Shown here piece after piece: positions 47,647 to 55,993 of a stretch of 64,000 nt of DNA. The stretch covers positions 3,808,001 through 3,872,000 of the forward strand of contig OY782041.1 in assembly GCA_963677595.1 (NCBI GenBank), given 5' to 3'. The translations under genes and the position numbers were made by a program. Numbering within the stretch: position 1 is the first letter of the stretch; each line of letters opens with the position of its first letter. The DNA is from Spirochaetia bacterium. Lineage in GTDB: Bacteria; Spirochaetota; Spirochaetia; CAKZLE01. The notes below the pieces were generated by a model, which saw only the letters and a program-made list of their open reading frames with translations, was not told the origin of the DNA and ran no database searches.

Positions 47647-48754
47647 TGAAGAACGAGCGCTTGAACTCGCTGAACCGGTCTTCCCTGATCGAGTCCTTGA
47701 TACGCTCCATCAGCCGCTTGAGATAGACCAGGTTGTGCTCGGAGGCGAGCATCGAACCGAGGATCTCATTGGTCTTGAACATATGCCTGAGATAGGCTCG
47801 TGAGTAGGAGGTACAGGCTGTGCAGGTGCATCCCTCGACGATCGGCCCATGGTCGAACTCGTGGCGTGCCTTCTTCATGTTGACGAGCCCCCCATCCGTG
47901 AAGACCGACCCGTTGCGGGCTATCCTCGTCGGGAGCACGCAGTCGAACATGTCCACACCGTTCTCGACGGCCTCGAAGATGTATTCGGGATTGCCGATGC
48001 CCATGACGTAGAGGGGTTTCTCCTTCGGAATGAACTCGGTGGTATAGGAGAGGAAATCTGAGTACTGGTTGAATGGCTCACCCACCGAGAGCCCGCCGAT
48101 GGCGATTCCCGGGAGGTCGAGGGAGCTGATGTAGAGGGCACTCTCCTTCCTCAACTCCTGGAAGAAGTTCCCCTGGATGATGCCGAAGAGGTTCCCCTCA
48201 TACTCGTCCCGGTAGCCGAGCCAGGCCGCCTTTGCCCGGGCTGCCCAGTCATGGGTGGTCTTCATCGCCTTTACGGAGTCCTTGAGTGAGAGGTCGGGGG
48301 GCGTGCAGACATCGAGGCACATCTGTATGTCGCTGTTGAGGTACCGCTGGATCTCAACCACCTTCTCCGGGGTGAGGGTATGGTAGGAGCCGTCGATATG
48401 GGAGCGGAAGGTGACTCCCTCCTCCCTGATCTTCCTGAACGAGGCCAGGCTGAAGACCTGGAACCCGCCGCTGTCCGTGAGGATGTTGTGCTTCCAGGAA
48501 GAGAACTGGTGAAGCCCGCCGAAGGACTTGATCACCTCGATCCCCGGCCGAAGGTAGAGGTGATAGGTATTGCCGAGGATGAGGTTATACCCCATCTCCT
48601 CGATGGTGGAGTGGTGGAGAGCCTTCACCGTGCCGTTCGTGCCTACGGGCATGAATACCGGTGTCTCAACCCTCCCATGGGGCAGGTCGATGAGACCGGT
48701 CCGGGCTGCTGAGTTCCTGTCCTGGTGTGTGAGCGTGAATATAGGGTTTCCCAT
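47627..48754 (-). CDS. tgt: tRNA-guanine transglycosylase
   Basis: TPVFMPVGT, NTYHLYLRPG, LTDSGGFQVFSL, GGLSVGE, DMFDCVLPTR, CTCTAC..HN. Confidence 0.98.
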   Translation of the reverse strand: MGNPIFTLTHQDRNSAARTGLIDLPHGRVETPVFMPVGTNGTVKALHHSTIEEMGYNLILGNTYHLYLRPGIEVIKSFGGLHQFSSWKHNILTDSGGFQVFSLASFRKIREEGVTFRSHIDGSYHTLTPEKVVEIQRYLNSDIQMCLDVCTPPDLSLKDSVKAMKTTHDWAARAKAAWLGYRDEYEGNLFGIIQGNFFQELRKESALYISSLDLPGIAIGGLSVGEPFNQYSDFLSYTTEFIPKEKPLYVMGIGNPEYIFEAVENGVDMFDCVLPTRIARNGSVFTDGGLVNMKKARHEFDHGPIVEGCTCTACTSYSRAYLRHMFKTNEILGSMLASEHNLVYLKRLMERIKDSIREDRFSEFKRSFFSEYGKK

Positions 48755-49839
48755 CAAGTGCGTACCTTCCTCAACATGAGTATGCTCAAGCCGGTGAAGA
48801 CACCTACAGGCAGCCATGCTCCCAGCATCGGTGAGATATAATGCTGTTTTGCGAGAACGATGGTGAGCATCTCGAATACATAATAGACAACAGAGATAAT
48901 AATCGATATAAGCAGACTATACAAGAGGATGTTCTTCTTGAACCTGCTCCCGAGGGAACAGGAGATGATGACGACGATGAACGGCGTGAGGCTGAAGGCG
49001 AACCGCTCATAGTAGTCGGTCAGCAGCGAACGGTAGAGCCCCATGTCCAGTGTCCGGATCCTGTCGATGTAGGCCCGGGCATCAGAGATCTTCATCTCCT
49101 GGATGTCGAAGGTGATGTCGCGGAACTCCTCCGGGGTGAACTTATCAGCAGGGATGACGAGCAGATCATCCTCGACTGCAGATATACTCCCGTCGGGCCC
49201 GACGGTATAGGTCGTGACCCCGTCGAGCATCCAGCTCGACTCCTTCTCCATATAAGACGCCTTCTTCGCATCGACTCGGCTGGTCAGGCTGCCTGACTCA
49301 TCGCGCGTGATCATGATGAGGCCGGAGATCTCCATCCTCTTGTCATTGTAGTACCGGGCATAGTAGACCTCATGCTCCTCATGGGATATGAGCACAACAT
49401 TATTGTTGTTGTAGGAGGTCGAGTAGCCTACGATGGTGTTGGTAAGTTCCTCTTTTTGTGCATAGGTATCGATGACCAGGAACTCGCCGAAGAGGAACCC
49501 GCCCAGGCTCGCAGCCAGGCCGAGAACGATGAGCACCGTGATGAACCGGTAGTAGGATACCCCGGAGTTCAGGATGCTCACCAGCTCGTTTCGCGCATAG
49601 ATGCTCGAGATCGTGAAGGTGATCGCGAAGAGCAAGGAAGGTGCGATGGCATAAGAGACTGCTTTCGGGAGGTACAGCAGTGAGAGATAGGCGATCTGCG
49701 TGAGCGGCAACTCGTGTGATATATAGAGGTTGATGTTGGTGAACAGGTCCAGCAGGAGTACGATGACGGCGAAGAAGAGGATGGAGTTCAGCATGGATCT
49801 CATCACCTGCGAGAGCAGGTACCTGCGCAGTACTCTCAT
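48754..49839 (-). CDS. LptF/LptG-family permease
   Basis: LRRYLL, RNELVSILNSGVS, SPMLGAWLP; 3+3 TM with a periplasmic domain. Confidence 0.88.
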   Translation of the reverse strand: MRVLRRYLLSQVMRSMLNSILFFAVIVLLLDLFTNINLYISHELPLTQIAYLSLLYLPKAVSYAIAPSLLFAITFTISSIYARNELVSILNSGVSYYRFITVLIVLGLAASLGGFLFGEFLVIDTYAQKEELTNTIVGYSTSYNNNNVVLISHEEHEVYYARYYNDKRMEISGLIMITRDESGSLTSRVDAKKASYMEKESSWMLDGVTTYTVGPDGSISAVEDDLLVIPADKFTPEEFRDITFDIQEMKISDARAYIDRIRTLDMGLYRSLLTDYYERFAFSLTPFIVVIISCSLGSRFKKNILLYSLLISIIISVVYYVFEMLTIVLAKQHYISPMLGAWLPVGVFTGLSILMLRKVRT

Positions 49840-51089
49840 GCCCGCCTCCTGATCATGATCAGCAGTAGCCCGATGCAGAAGAGCACGATGTTCGGGGCCC
49901 ACATGATGAGGAAGGCATCCACCTCTACCCTGGTCCCGAGCGTCTGTCCCGCGAAGAGGAGGAACCAGTAGGCGACCGATGTGATGATGCCGACTGAGAA
50001 CCCGACAAGCCTGCCGTTCTTCATCTGGATCATGCTGAACGGGAAAGCGTAGATAACGAGAAAGAGGCAGGCGAACGGCAGGGCCGTCTTCTTGTAGAAC
50101 TCGAGCAGGTAGTACTGGAGGGTCTTGCTGAAGACCGAGGTCTCGAGCATACTGCTGCGGTTCTCGAACTCGTCTGCATAGCTGACCGGTACCCTCCTGG
50201 CAGCATCCTGCAGGTAGTCTGAAGCAATGCGGTACTCGATCTCCTCGATGTTCTCCTCGATCGACAGCTGCTTGGCCGCAATATCATCCTGCTTGTCCCG
50301 GATGTCGCCGAAGAGGTCCCGAAGGCTCTTCTCGTTCGGGGCCACACTGAGCAGGTTGAAACTGATCGTGTCCATCGCGAGGTAGTACTCCATCGAGTCC
50401 GCCTGGTAGTAATCGAAGTCCTCACTGCTGCTGCTCTTCGGGCCGATGCTCTGCACACCGGACAGGTCGAGTGAGATCATCTGGTCGAGGTTGTCGCTCG
50501 TGAGCCTCGCCGAGTCCGCTGAGATGACCTGGATCTGGCTGTTCGAGGTGTCGATGACCAGCAGGTCATCGACCGTGTTCTCATCGACCTTCCCGTTGAC
50601 GAATATGAGGTCATTGAACCGCGAGATCGAGTAGGACTCGAGGTCGAGACCGGGATTCTCATAGAGCAGTTCCTTGTAGAGCGCCTTGTACTTGATGGTG
50701 CCTAAGGGCAGGAATACGTCATTGAGCACGAATGAGACTCCGGTCAGGAGGATGCTGAAGAGCAGGATGGGGGCTAAGATCCGTGAATATGATATACCCC
50801 CGGTCCGCATCGCCATGATCTCGTTCCTGGACGAAAGGTTGCCGAGCGACATCGTCGCGCCGGTCATCGACGAGAAGGGAAAGGTATAGGAGAGGATGAT
50901 CGGGATCGAGTAGAGCAGTATCTTGAGCATGTCGACGAACGAGACGTTCCGTATGAGGATGTTCCGTGCGACGAGCAGTATCTGGTTGACGAAGAATATG
51001 AAGAAGAAGAAGAGGAAGGAGATTAAGAATGAGAGGGCATACTCCTTGAGGATATACCTCTGCAGAGTATGCGCGCGTCCTGCTGCCAA
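49836..51089 (-). CDS. LptF/LptG-family permease
   Basis: LQRYILKE, LSSRNEIMAMRTGGIS, EFYKKTALPFACL, MWAPN. Confidence 0.88.
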   Translation of the reverse strand: MAAGRAHTLQRYILKEYALSFLISFLFFFFIFFVNQILLVARNILIRNVSFVDMLKILLYSIPIILSYTFPFSSMTGATMSLGNLSSRNEIMAMRTGGISYSRILAPILLFSILLTGVSFVLNDVFLPLGTIKYKALYKELLYENPGLDLESYSISRFNDLIFVNGKVDENTVDDLLVIDTSNSQIQVISADSARLTSDNLDQMISLDLSGVQSIGPKSSSSEDFDYYQADSMEYYLAMDTISFNLLSVAPNEKSLRDLFGDIRDKQDDIAAKQLSIEENIEEIEYRIASDYLQDAARRVPVSYADEFENRSSMLETSVFSKTLQYYLLEFYKKTALPFACLFLVIYAFPFSMIQMKNGRLVGFSVGIITSVAYWFLLFAGQTLGTRVEVDAFLIMWAPNIVLFCIGLLLIMIRRRA

Positions 51090-51101
51090 GTGAGTCTCTC
51101 C

Positions 51102-51542
51102 CTATTTTCCGGTCGACCCAAATCCCCCAACGCCTCGTTCAGAGGAGTTGATCTCATCTACAGTCTTGAATCGGCACTGTATGACCGGAGCTATGACCAT
51201 CTGGGCGATACGATCGCCCTCGTTGACGGTATAGGCTTCATTGCCGTGGTTGACCAGGATGACCTTGACCTCACCACGGTAGTCTGAATCGATGGTACCG
51301 GGAGTGTTCAGGACCGTGACGCCGAATTTAGCAGCCAGTCCTGAACGAGGCCTGATCTGGACCTCATACCCCTCAGGTATCTCCATATAGAGCCCGGTCG
51401 GGACCATCGCGGTCTCTCCGGGCTCGAGGATGATCCCCTCTTCAGTATCGATGCAGGCATAGATGTCAGCCCCGGCTGAGCCGGCCGTCGCATACTGCGG
51501 CAGCCGTGCGCCCGGGGCAGTCTTGACCCGTACTTCGACCAT
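51102..51542 (-). CDS. dut: dUTP diphosphatase
   Basis: GSAGADI, QIRPRSGLA, GTIDSDYRGE, RIAQ, RGVGGFGSTG. Confidence 0.97.
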   Translation of the reverse strand: MVEVRVKTAPGARLPQYATAGSAGADIYACIDTEEGIILEPGETAMVPTGLYMEIPEGYEVQIRPRSGLAAKFGVTVLNTPGTIDSDYRGEVKVILVNHGNEAYTVNEGDRIAQMVIAPVIQCRFKTVDEINSSERGVGGFGSTGK

Positions 51543-51543
51543 A

Positions 51544-53631
51544 CTATTCAGAATCCTTGAGCGCATCGACATAGCTGAGGTTGAGTCGTCCCATCCTGTC
51601 GATCTCGATGAGCTTCACCGGTATGACCTGGTTCATCTCAAGCACGTCGGATACCTTGTTCACCCTCTTTTTCGAGAGTTTGGAGATATGGCAGAGTCCT
51701 TCCTTCCCGGGGATGATCTCGATGAATGCACCGAAATCCATGATCCTCTTGACCGTACCCTGGTAGATACGTCCCACTTCCGGCTCCTCGACGATCGAGA
51801 GGATCATCTGCTTAGCCTCGAGTGCGGAATCCTTGTTCTTCCCGTAGATGGTGACCTTACCGCTGTTCTCGATGTTGATCTCAGCGCCGGTCTTCTCCGC
51901 GATGCTCTTCACGTTCTTTCCGCCGGGCCCGATCACCGCGCCGATCTTCTCCTCATCGATGGTGAGGCTCTCGATACGCGGTGCATAGGATGAGATATCA
52001 TCCGATGGTGCGGCGATGACCTCGTTCATGATCCCGAGGATGTGCATTCGGCCGCGTTTAGCCTGCTGCATAGCACGGAACATGAGGTCAGGGCTGACGT
52101 TGTCGATCTTGATGTCCATCTGGAAAGCCGTGATACCGTCTTCGGTACCGGTCACCTTGAAGTCCATGTCGCCGAGGTGGTCTTCCTCACCGAGGATGTC
52201 GCTGAGGATCACTGCCTCATCCCCGTCGGAGATGAGCCCCATGGCGATACCGGCAACCGGCTTCTTGATCTTCACACCTGCTGAGAGCAGGGAGAGCGAC
52301 CCGCCGCATACGGAGGCCATCGATGACGAGCCGTTCGACTCGAGGATCTCGGACACGATCCGGATGGTATAGGGGAAATCGTCTTTCTTCGGCAGTACGC
52401 CCTCGAGGGCACGCTGTGCGAGGTGACCGTGACCGATCTCCCTCCTGCCGGTTCCCATCCTACCGCACTCACCTACTGAGAACGGCGGGAAGTTGTAGTG
52501 CAGCATGAAGTTGTTGTACCGTTTCTCGCTGTCGATGTTGTCTATCATCTGCTCGTCATACACCGTACCGAGGGTGGTGACCGCGAGGCTCTGTGTCTCA
52601 CCACGCGTGAAGAGCGCTGACCCATGGGTCCTGGCAAGTACACCGATCTCGCAGGTGATGGGCCTGATGTCCTCAGGACCACGACCGTCGGTTCGCTTCT
52701 TGTTCTCGAGGATAGACTTTCGCACGATCTCGTACTCCATGTCCTCGAAGAGCTTGTCTACATCTTTCTTGTTGGTATCGTCGATGACATCAGCGAACTT
52801 TGCCGCAGTCTCCTCATAGACGTCCTTGATGGCCTTGTACCTGATGTGTTTCCCCAGGACGAAGCAGGCTTCCTGCATCTTCGGCATCGCGAACTCACGG
52901 ATCGGGTCGATGAAGCTGGTATCTTCCTCGATATGGTTGATGGGGAGCTTCTCCTTCCCGGCGATCTCGGCGAGTTTGAGCTGAGCCTCACACAGTTCCC
53001 TGATGACAGGCTCTGCGGTCTCGACTGCCTTGAGGAGTGCCTCTTCCGAGACCTCTTTTGCGCCACCCTCGACCATGGTGATACCATCCTTGGTACCGGA
53101 GACGATGATGTCGATCTCGGCATTCTCGATCTGCTGGAAGGTCGGGTTCACCACGTATTCCCCATCACACAGCCCGACACGGACTGCGCCGACAGGGCCG
53201 TCGAAGGGTATGTCGGAGATGGTCACAGCCGCAGAAGCAGCTACCATCGCCACGATGTCCGGTGTGTGGATCTGGTCAGTGGAGATGACCGTGGGGACGA
53301 CCTGGATATCTCTCCTGAACGCCTTGTCGAAGAGCGGCCTCATCGGCCGGTCGATGAGTCGGCAGACAAGGATCTCCTTGTCCTTCGGCCGTCCTTCCCG
53401 TTTGAGGAACCCGCCGGGGATCTTTCCCGCAGCGTAGTACTTCTCATTGTATTCGACCTGAAGGGGGACATAATCGAGACCGTCGATCTCGGAACGCCCG
53501 CAGCAGGCGGTAGCCAGTACTGACGAACCGCCGTATGTAGCGAACACTGCTCCGTTGGCCTGTTTGGCCATCCTGCCTGTCTCGAGGATCAGTTCCTCTT
53601 CACCTATTTTTACACTGATTGTCTGTAACAT
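51544..53631 (-). CDS. pnp: polyribonucleotide nucleotidyltransferase
   Basis: AGKIPGGFLKREGRP, FTRGETQ, RREIGHG, ESNGSSSMASVCGG, GDMDFKV, KH and S1 domains. Confidence 0.99.
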   Translation of the reverse strand: MLQTISVKIGEEELILETGRMAKQANGAVFATYGGSSVLATACCGRSEIDGLDYVPLQVEYNEKYYAAGKIPGGFLKREGRPKDKEILVCRLIDRPMRPLFDKAFRRDIQVVPTVISTDQIHTPDIVAMVAASAAVTISDIPFDGPVGAVRVGLCDGEYVVNPTFQQIENAEIDIIVSGTKDGITMVEGGAKEVSEEALLKAVETAEPVIRELCEAQLKLAEIAGKEKLPINHIEEDTSFIDPIREFAMPKMQEACFVLGKHIRYKAIKDVYEETAAKFADVIDDTNKKDVDKLFEDMEYEIVRKSILENKKRTDGRGPEDIRPITCEIGVLARTHGSALFTRGETQSLAVTTLGTVYDEQMIDNIDSEKRYNNFMLHYNFPPFSVGECGRMGTGRREIGHGHLAQRALEGVLPKKDDFPYTIRIVSEILESNGSSSMASVCGGSLSLLSAGVKIKKPVAGIAMGLISDGDEAVILSDILGEEDHLGDMDFKVTGTEDGITAFQMDIKIDNVSPDLMFRAMQQAKRGRMHILGIMNEVIAAPSDDISSYAPRIESLTIDEEKIGAVIGPGGKNVKSIAEKTGAEINIENSGKVTIYGKNKDSALEAKQMILSIVEEPEVGRIYQGTVKRIMDFGAFIEIIPGKEGLCHISKLSKKRVNKVSDVLEMNQVIPVKLIEIDRMGRLNLSYVDALKDSE

Positions 53632-53665
53632 GTTATTCTTACCTTACTGTTCTTTGTACGAAAAC

Positions 53666-53935
53666 TTACTTCCTGAGACCAAGTTTACCAATAAGCTCAC
53701 GATATGCATTGATATCGGTGTTCTTGAGATAACGAAGCAGTCTTCTTCGTTTACCGACCATCTTCAGCAGGCCCCTTCGGCTTGCATGGTCCTTCTTGTT
53801 TGCTTTGAAGTGGTCATTGAGGTCCCTGATCCTCTCTGTCAGGAGTGCGATCTGCACCTCTGTGGATCCTGTGTCCTGTGCGTTCTCACCATATGTCTCA
53901 ATGATCTCTACCTTCTTCTCTTTTGTCAAAGCCAT
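53666..53935 (-). CDS. rpsO: 30S ribosomal protein S15
   Basis: [34 protein letters not shown]. Confidence 0.99.
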   Translation of the reverse strand: MALTKEKKVEIIETYGENAQDTGSTEVQIALLTERIRDLNDHFKANKKDHASRRGLLKMVGKRRRLLRYLKNTDINAYRELIGKLGLRK

Positions 53936-53953
53936 TTGAAAATCTCCTATCTG

Positions 53954-54745
53954 CTATTCAACAATTTCAATATGTCTGGGGAGTGATTCCATCTCGGCAT
54001 CACTCGAACAGGTTATCCCCGAATCGTTAACGACGATCCTTCCATGGTGACCCATGCCCTGAGATGTCCTGAAAACGACACGATACGATCCAGGTGGCGG
54101 TTGGATCTGCACGATGTCTCTCTGCTCTATATAAAAAGTCCTTGTATCCACGATATGAGGGTTAACGGCCATATCAATGGAAAAAGACCTGCCAAGCAAC
54201 CTGTTTGCAGCCTTGATATCCCCGGAATGTATCAGCTCCCGGATCCTCGAACTGCTTACCCGCTCGTCATCTATCATGACGGAGGATACGACATCCACGA
54301 CGGTGCGGCTCCCGCTGAACATCTCCTCGATCCGTTCGGCTGTGAACAGCGCCTTGTATCCGCAGGAGAAGTTCTGCCCGATCACGATATACCTGAGATC
54401 GCAGGACTCGCGTATCATGGAAAAAAAATCTTCTCCCCGTAGTTTACTAAATTCGACGGAAAAGTCAATGAGCACCATATTGCCAATCTTACTATTTGTA
54501 ACTAATTCCACCTTCTGTCTTTGCGTGGAAATCGGGTGGTCATAGCCGGGCATGCCGAGGAACTGTTTCGGGTTCCTGCTGAAGGTGAAGAGGAACCGGT
54601 GCTCCATGTCCCCCCGGTGGTCGATCTTCCGTATCAGTGCCTGGTGGCCCTGGTGTATACCGTCAAAGACCCCTAAGGCCATATAGACCTGTTTGTCCCT
54701 GAAGGGCTTCTCCTCTACGAATGCTCCGAAGTCTACTATCCTCAC
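53954..54745 (-). CDS. ribF: FAD synthetase (FMN adenylyltransferase) with degenerate riboflavin kinase domain
   Basis: LGVFDGIHQGHQAL, IGQNFSCG, VSSSRIR, LLGR; no GFPTAN or E-x-H kinase motifs. Confidence 0.82.
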   Translation of the reverse strand: MRIVDFGAFVEEKPFRDKQVYMALGVFDGIHQGHQALIRKIDHRGDMEHRFLFTFSRNPKQFLGMPGYDHPISTQRQKVELVTNSKIGNMVLIDFSVEFSKLRGEDFFSMIRESCDLRYIVIGQNFSCGYKALFTAERIEEMFSGSRTVVDVVSSVMIDDERVSSSRIRELIHSGDIKAANRLLGRSFSIDMAVNPHIVDTRTFYIEQRDIVQIQPPPGSYRVVFRTSQGMGHHGRIVVNDSGITCSSDAEMESLPRHIEIVE

Positions 54746-55641
54746 CTGTTTCCCGCCGATACTACGAACTTATATGATTTATATGATACCGTATCGCCGC
54801 TGATAGAACAATGCGAAACCGCAAGAAGATCCCGTTCTTCGGTGAAGAGCGCGCATAACGAGGAGCCCTCGACGGGGTGACGCTCGATGATCCAATCGTC
54901 CTTCGGCAGGGTGCCGCAGAGGATCGAGGAGACCCGCGAGGGGGCTATGACGACTTTGGAGATGCCCCCGAGGGTATCGAAGACCTCCCAGGGGTTCACG
55001 ATGTCCGCAGCGCTGAACTCCTCCGGGGAGACCGCTCCTTCGAGACGGAACCCTCCCACGGCACTCCTCTTCAGCTGTGAGACGTAGGCGTACGTTCCCA
55101 GTGAGGCTGCGATGTCCCGTGCCAGCGCACGTACATAGGTTCCCTTGGAACAGGAGATGGTGAGTGTGAGTTCCGGTGCCTCATATGATACGGCGTTAAG
55201 CTCATAGACGGTGATATCGCGCGGTGCGAGCTCGACCTCCTCTCCGCCGAGAGCGGCCTGGTAGGCACGTCGGCCACCGACATGCACGGCTGAGAACTTG
55301 GGGGGTACCTGCTTCTGCTTACCGGTGAACCGGCTGAGGACAGAGAGGACCTCTTCCCGTCCGGGGACGTGTCCTTCATCGGTCACCTCCCCCTCGGGGT
55401 CCAGGGTCGTAGTGGTCTTACCGAAGGTGAAGACCGCCTCATAGACCTTATCGAACCCGGTGAACAGCGGGTTCATGCGTGTCATGGACCCCGCGAGCAC
55501 GACGAGGAGTCCGCTCGCGAACCGGTCCAGGGTCCCGGTATGGCCTACCTTGACCCCAAGCTTCCGCTTGATGGGACTAAGGGCCTGAAAGGATGTGATC
55601 CCGGATGGCTTATCTATGAGCAGTATTCCATTGGGGTCCAT
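54742..55641 (-). CDS. truB: tRNA pseudouridine(55) synthase
   Basis: DKPSGITS, KVGHTGTLD, QVPPKFSAV, CSKGTYVRALARD. Confidence 0.97.
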   Translation of the reverse strand: MDPNGILLIDKPSGITSFQALSPIKRKLGVKVGHTGTLDRFASGLLVVLAGSMTRMNPLFTGFDKVYEAVFTFGKTTTTLDPEGEVTDEGHVPGREEVLSVLSRFTGKQKQVPPKFSAVHVGGRRAYQAALGGEEVELAPRDITVYELNAVSYEAPELTLTISCSKGTYVRALARDIAASLGTYAYVSQLKRSAVGGFRLEGAVSPEEFSAADIVNPWEVFDTLGGISKVVIAPSRVSSILCGTLPKDDWIIERHPVEGSSLCALFTEERDLLAVSHCSISGDTVSYKSYKFVVSAGNR

Positions 55642-55643
55642 AT

Positions 55644-55991
55644 CTACTTGTTCAGATCCTCGATCGTCCGGTTGACCTCGATCCCATCGCGTATGGACAC
55701 ATCCTTCACGAAGTGGAGCTTCGGGGTATGACGGGTCTTCAGGTTCTTGGCTATCCTGCTCTGGAGGAGCCCGGATGCCTTGTTGAGGATTGACACCGAG
55801 ACATCAAGGGTATCCTCATTCTCGAAGGTCGACACGAACACCTTGGCGAAGGAGAGGTCCTTCGCCAGCTTGATCCGTGTGATCGAGAGGAACCTGCTGA
55901 GCCTGGGGTCCTTCACAGCCCCCTGCATGAGCAGGGAACTGATCAGTTCTATGATACGTGATTCCAGTCGTTTCTGTGAGACTTCATTCAT
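55644..55991 (-). CDS. rbfA: ribosome-binding factor A
   Basis: VKDPRL, DLSFAKVFVS, RHTPKLHFVKD. Confidence 0.96.
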   Translation of the reverse strand: MNEVSQKRLESRIIELISSLLMQGAVKDPRLSRFLSITRIKLAKDLSFAKVFVSTFENEDTLDVSVSILNKASGLLQSRIAKNLKTRHTPKLHFVKDVSIRDGIEVNRTIEDLNK

Positions 55992-55993
55992 AA

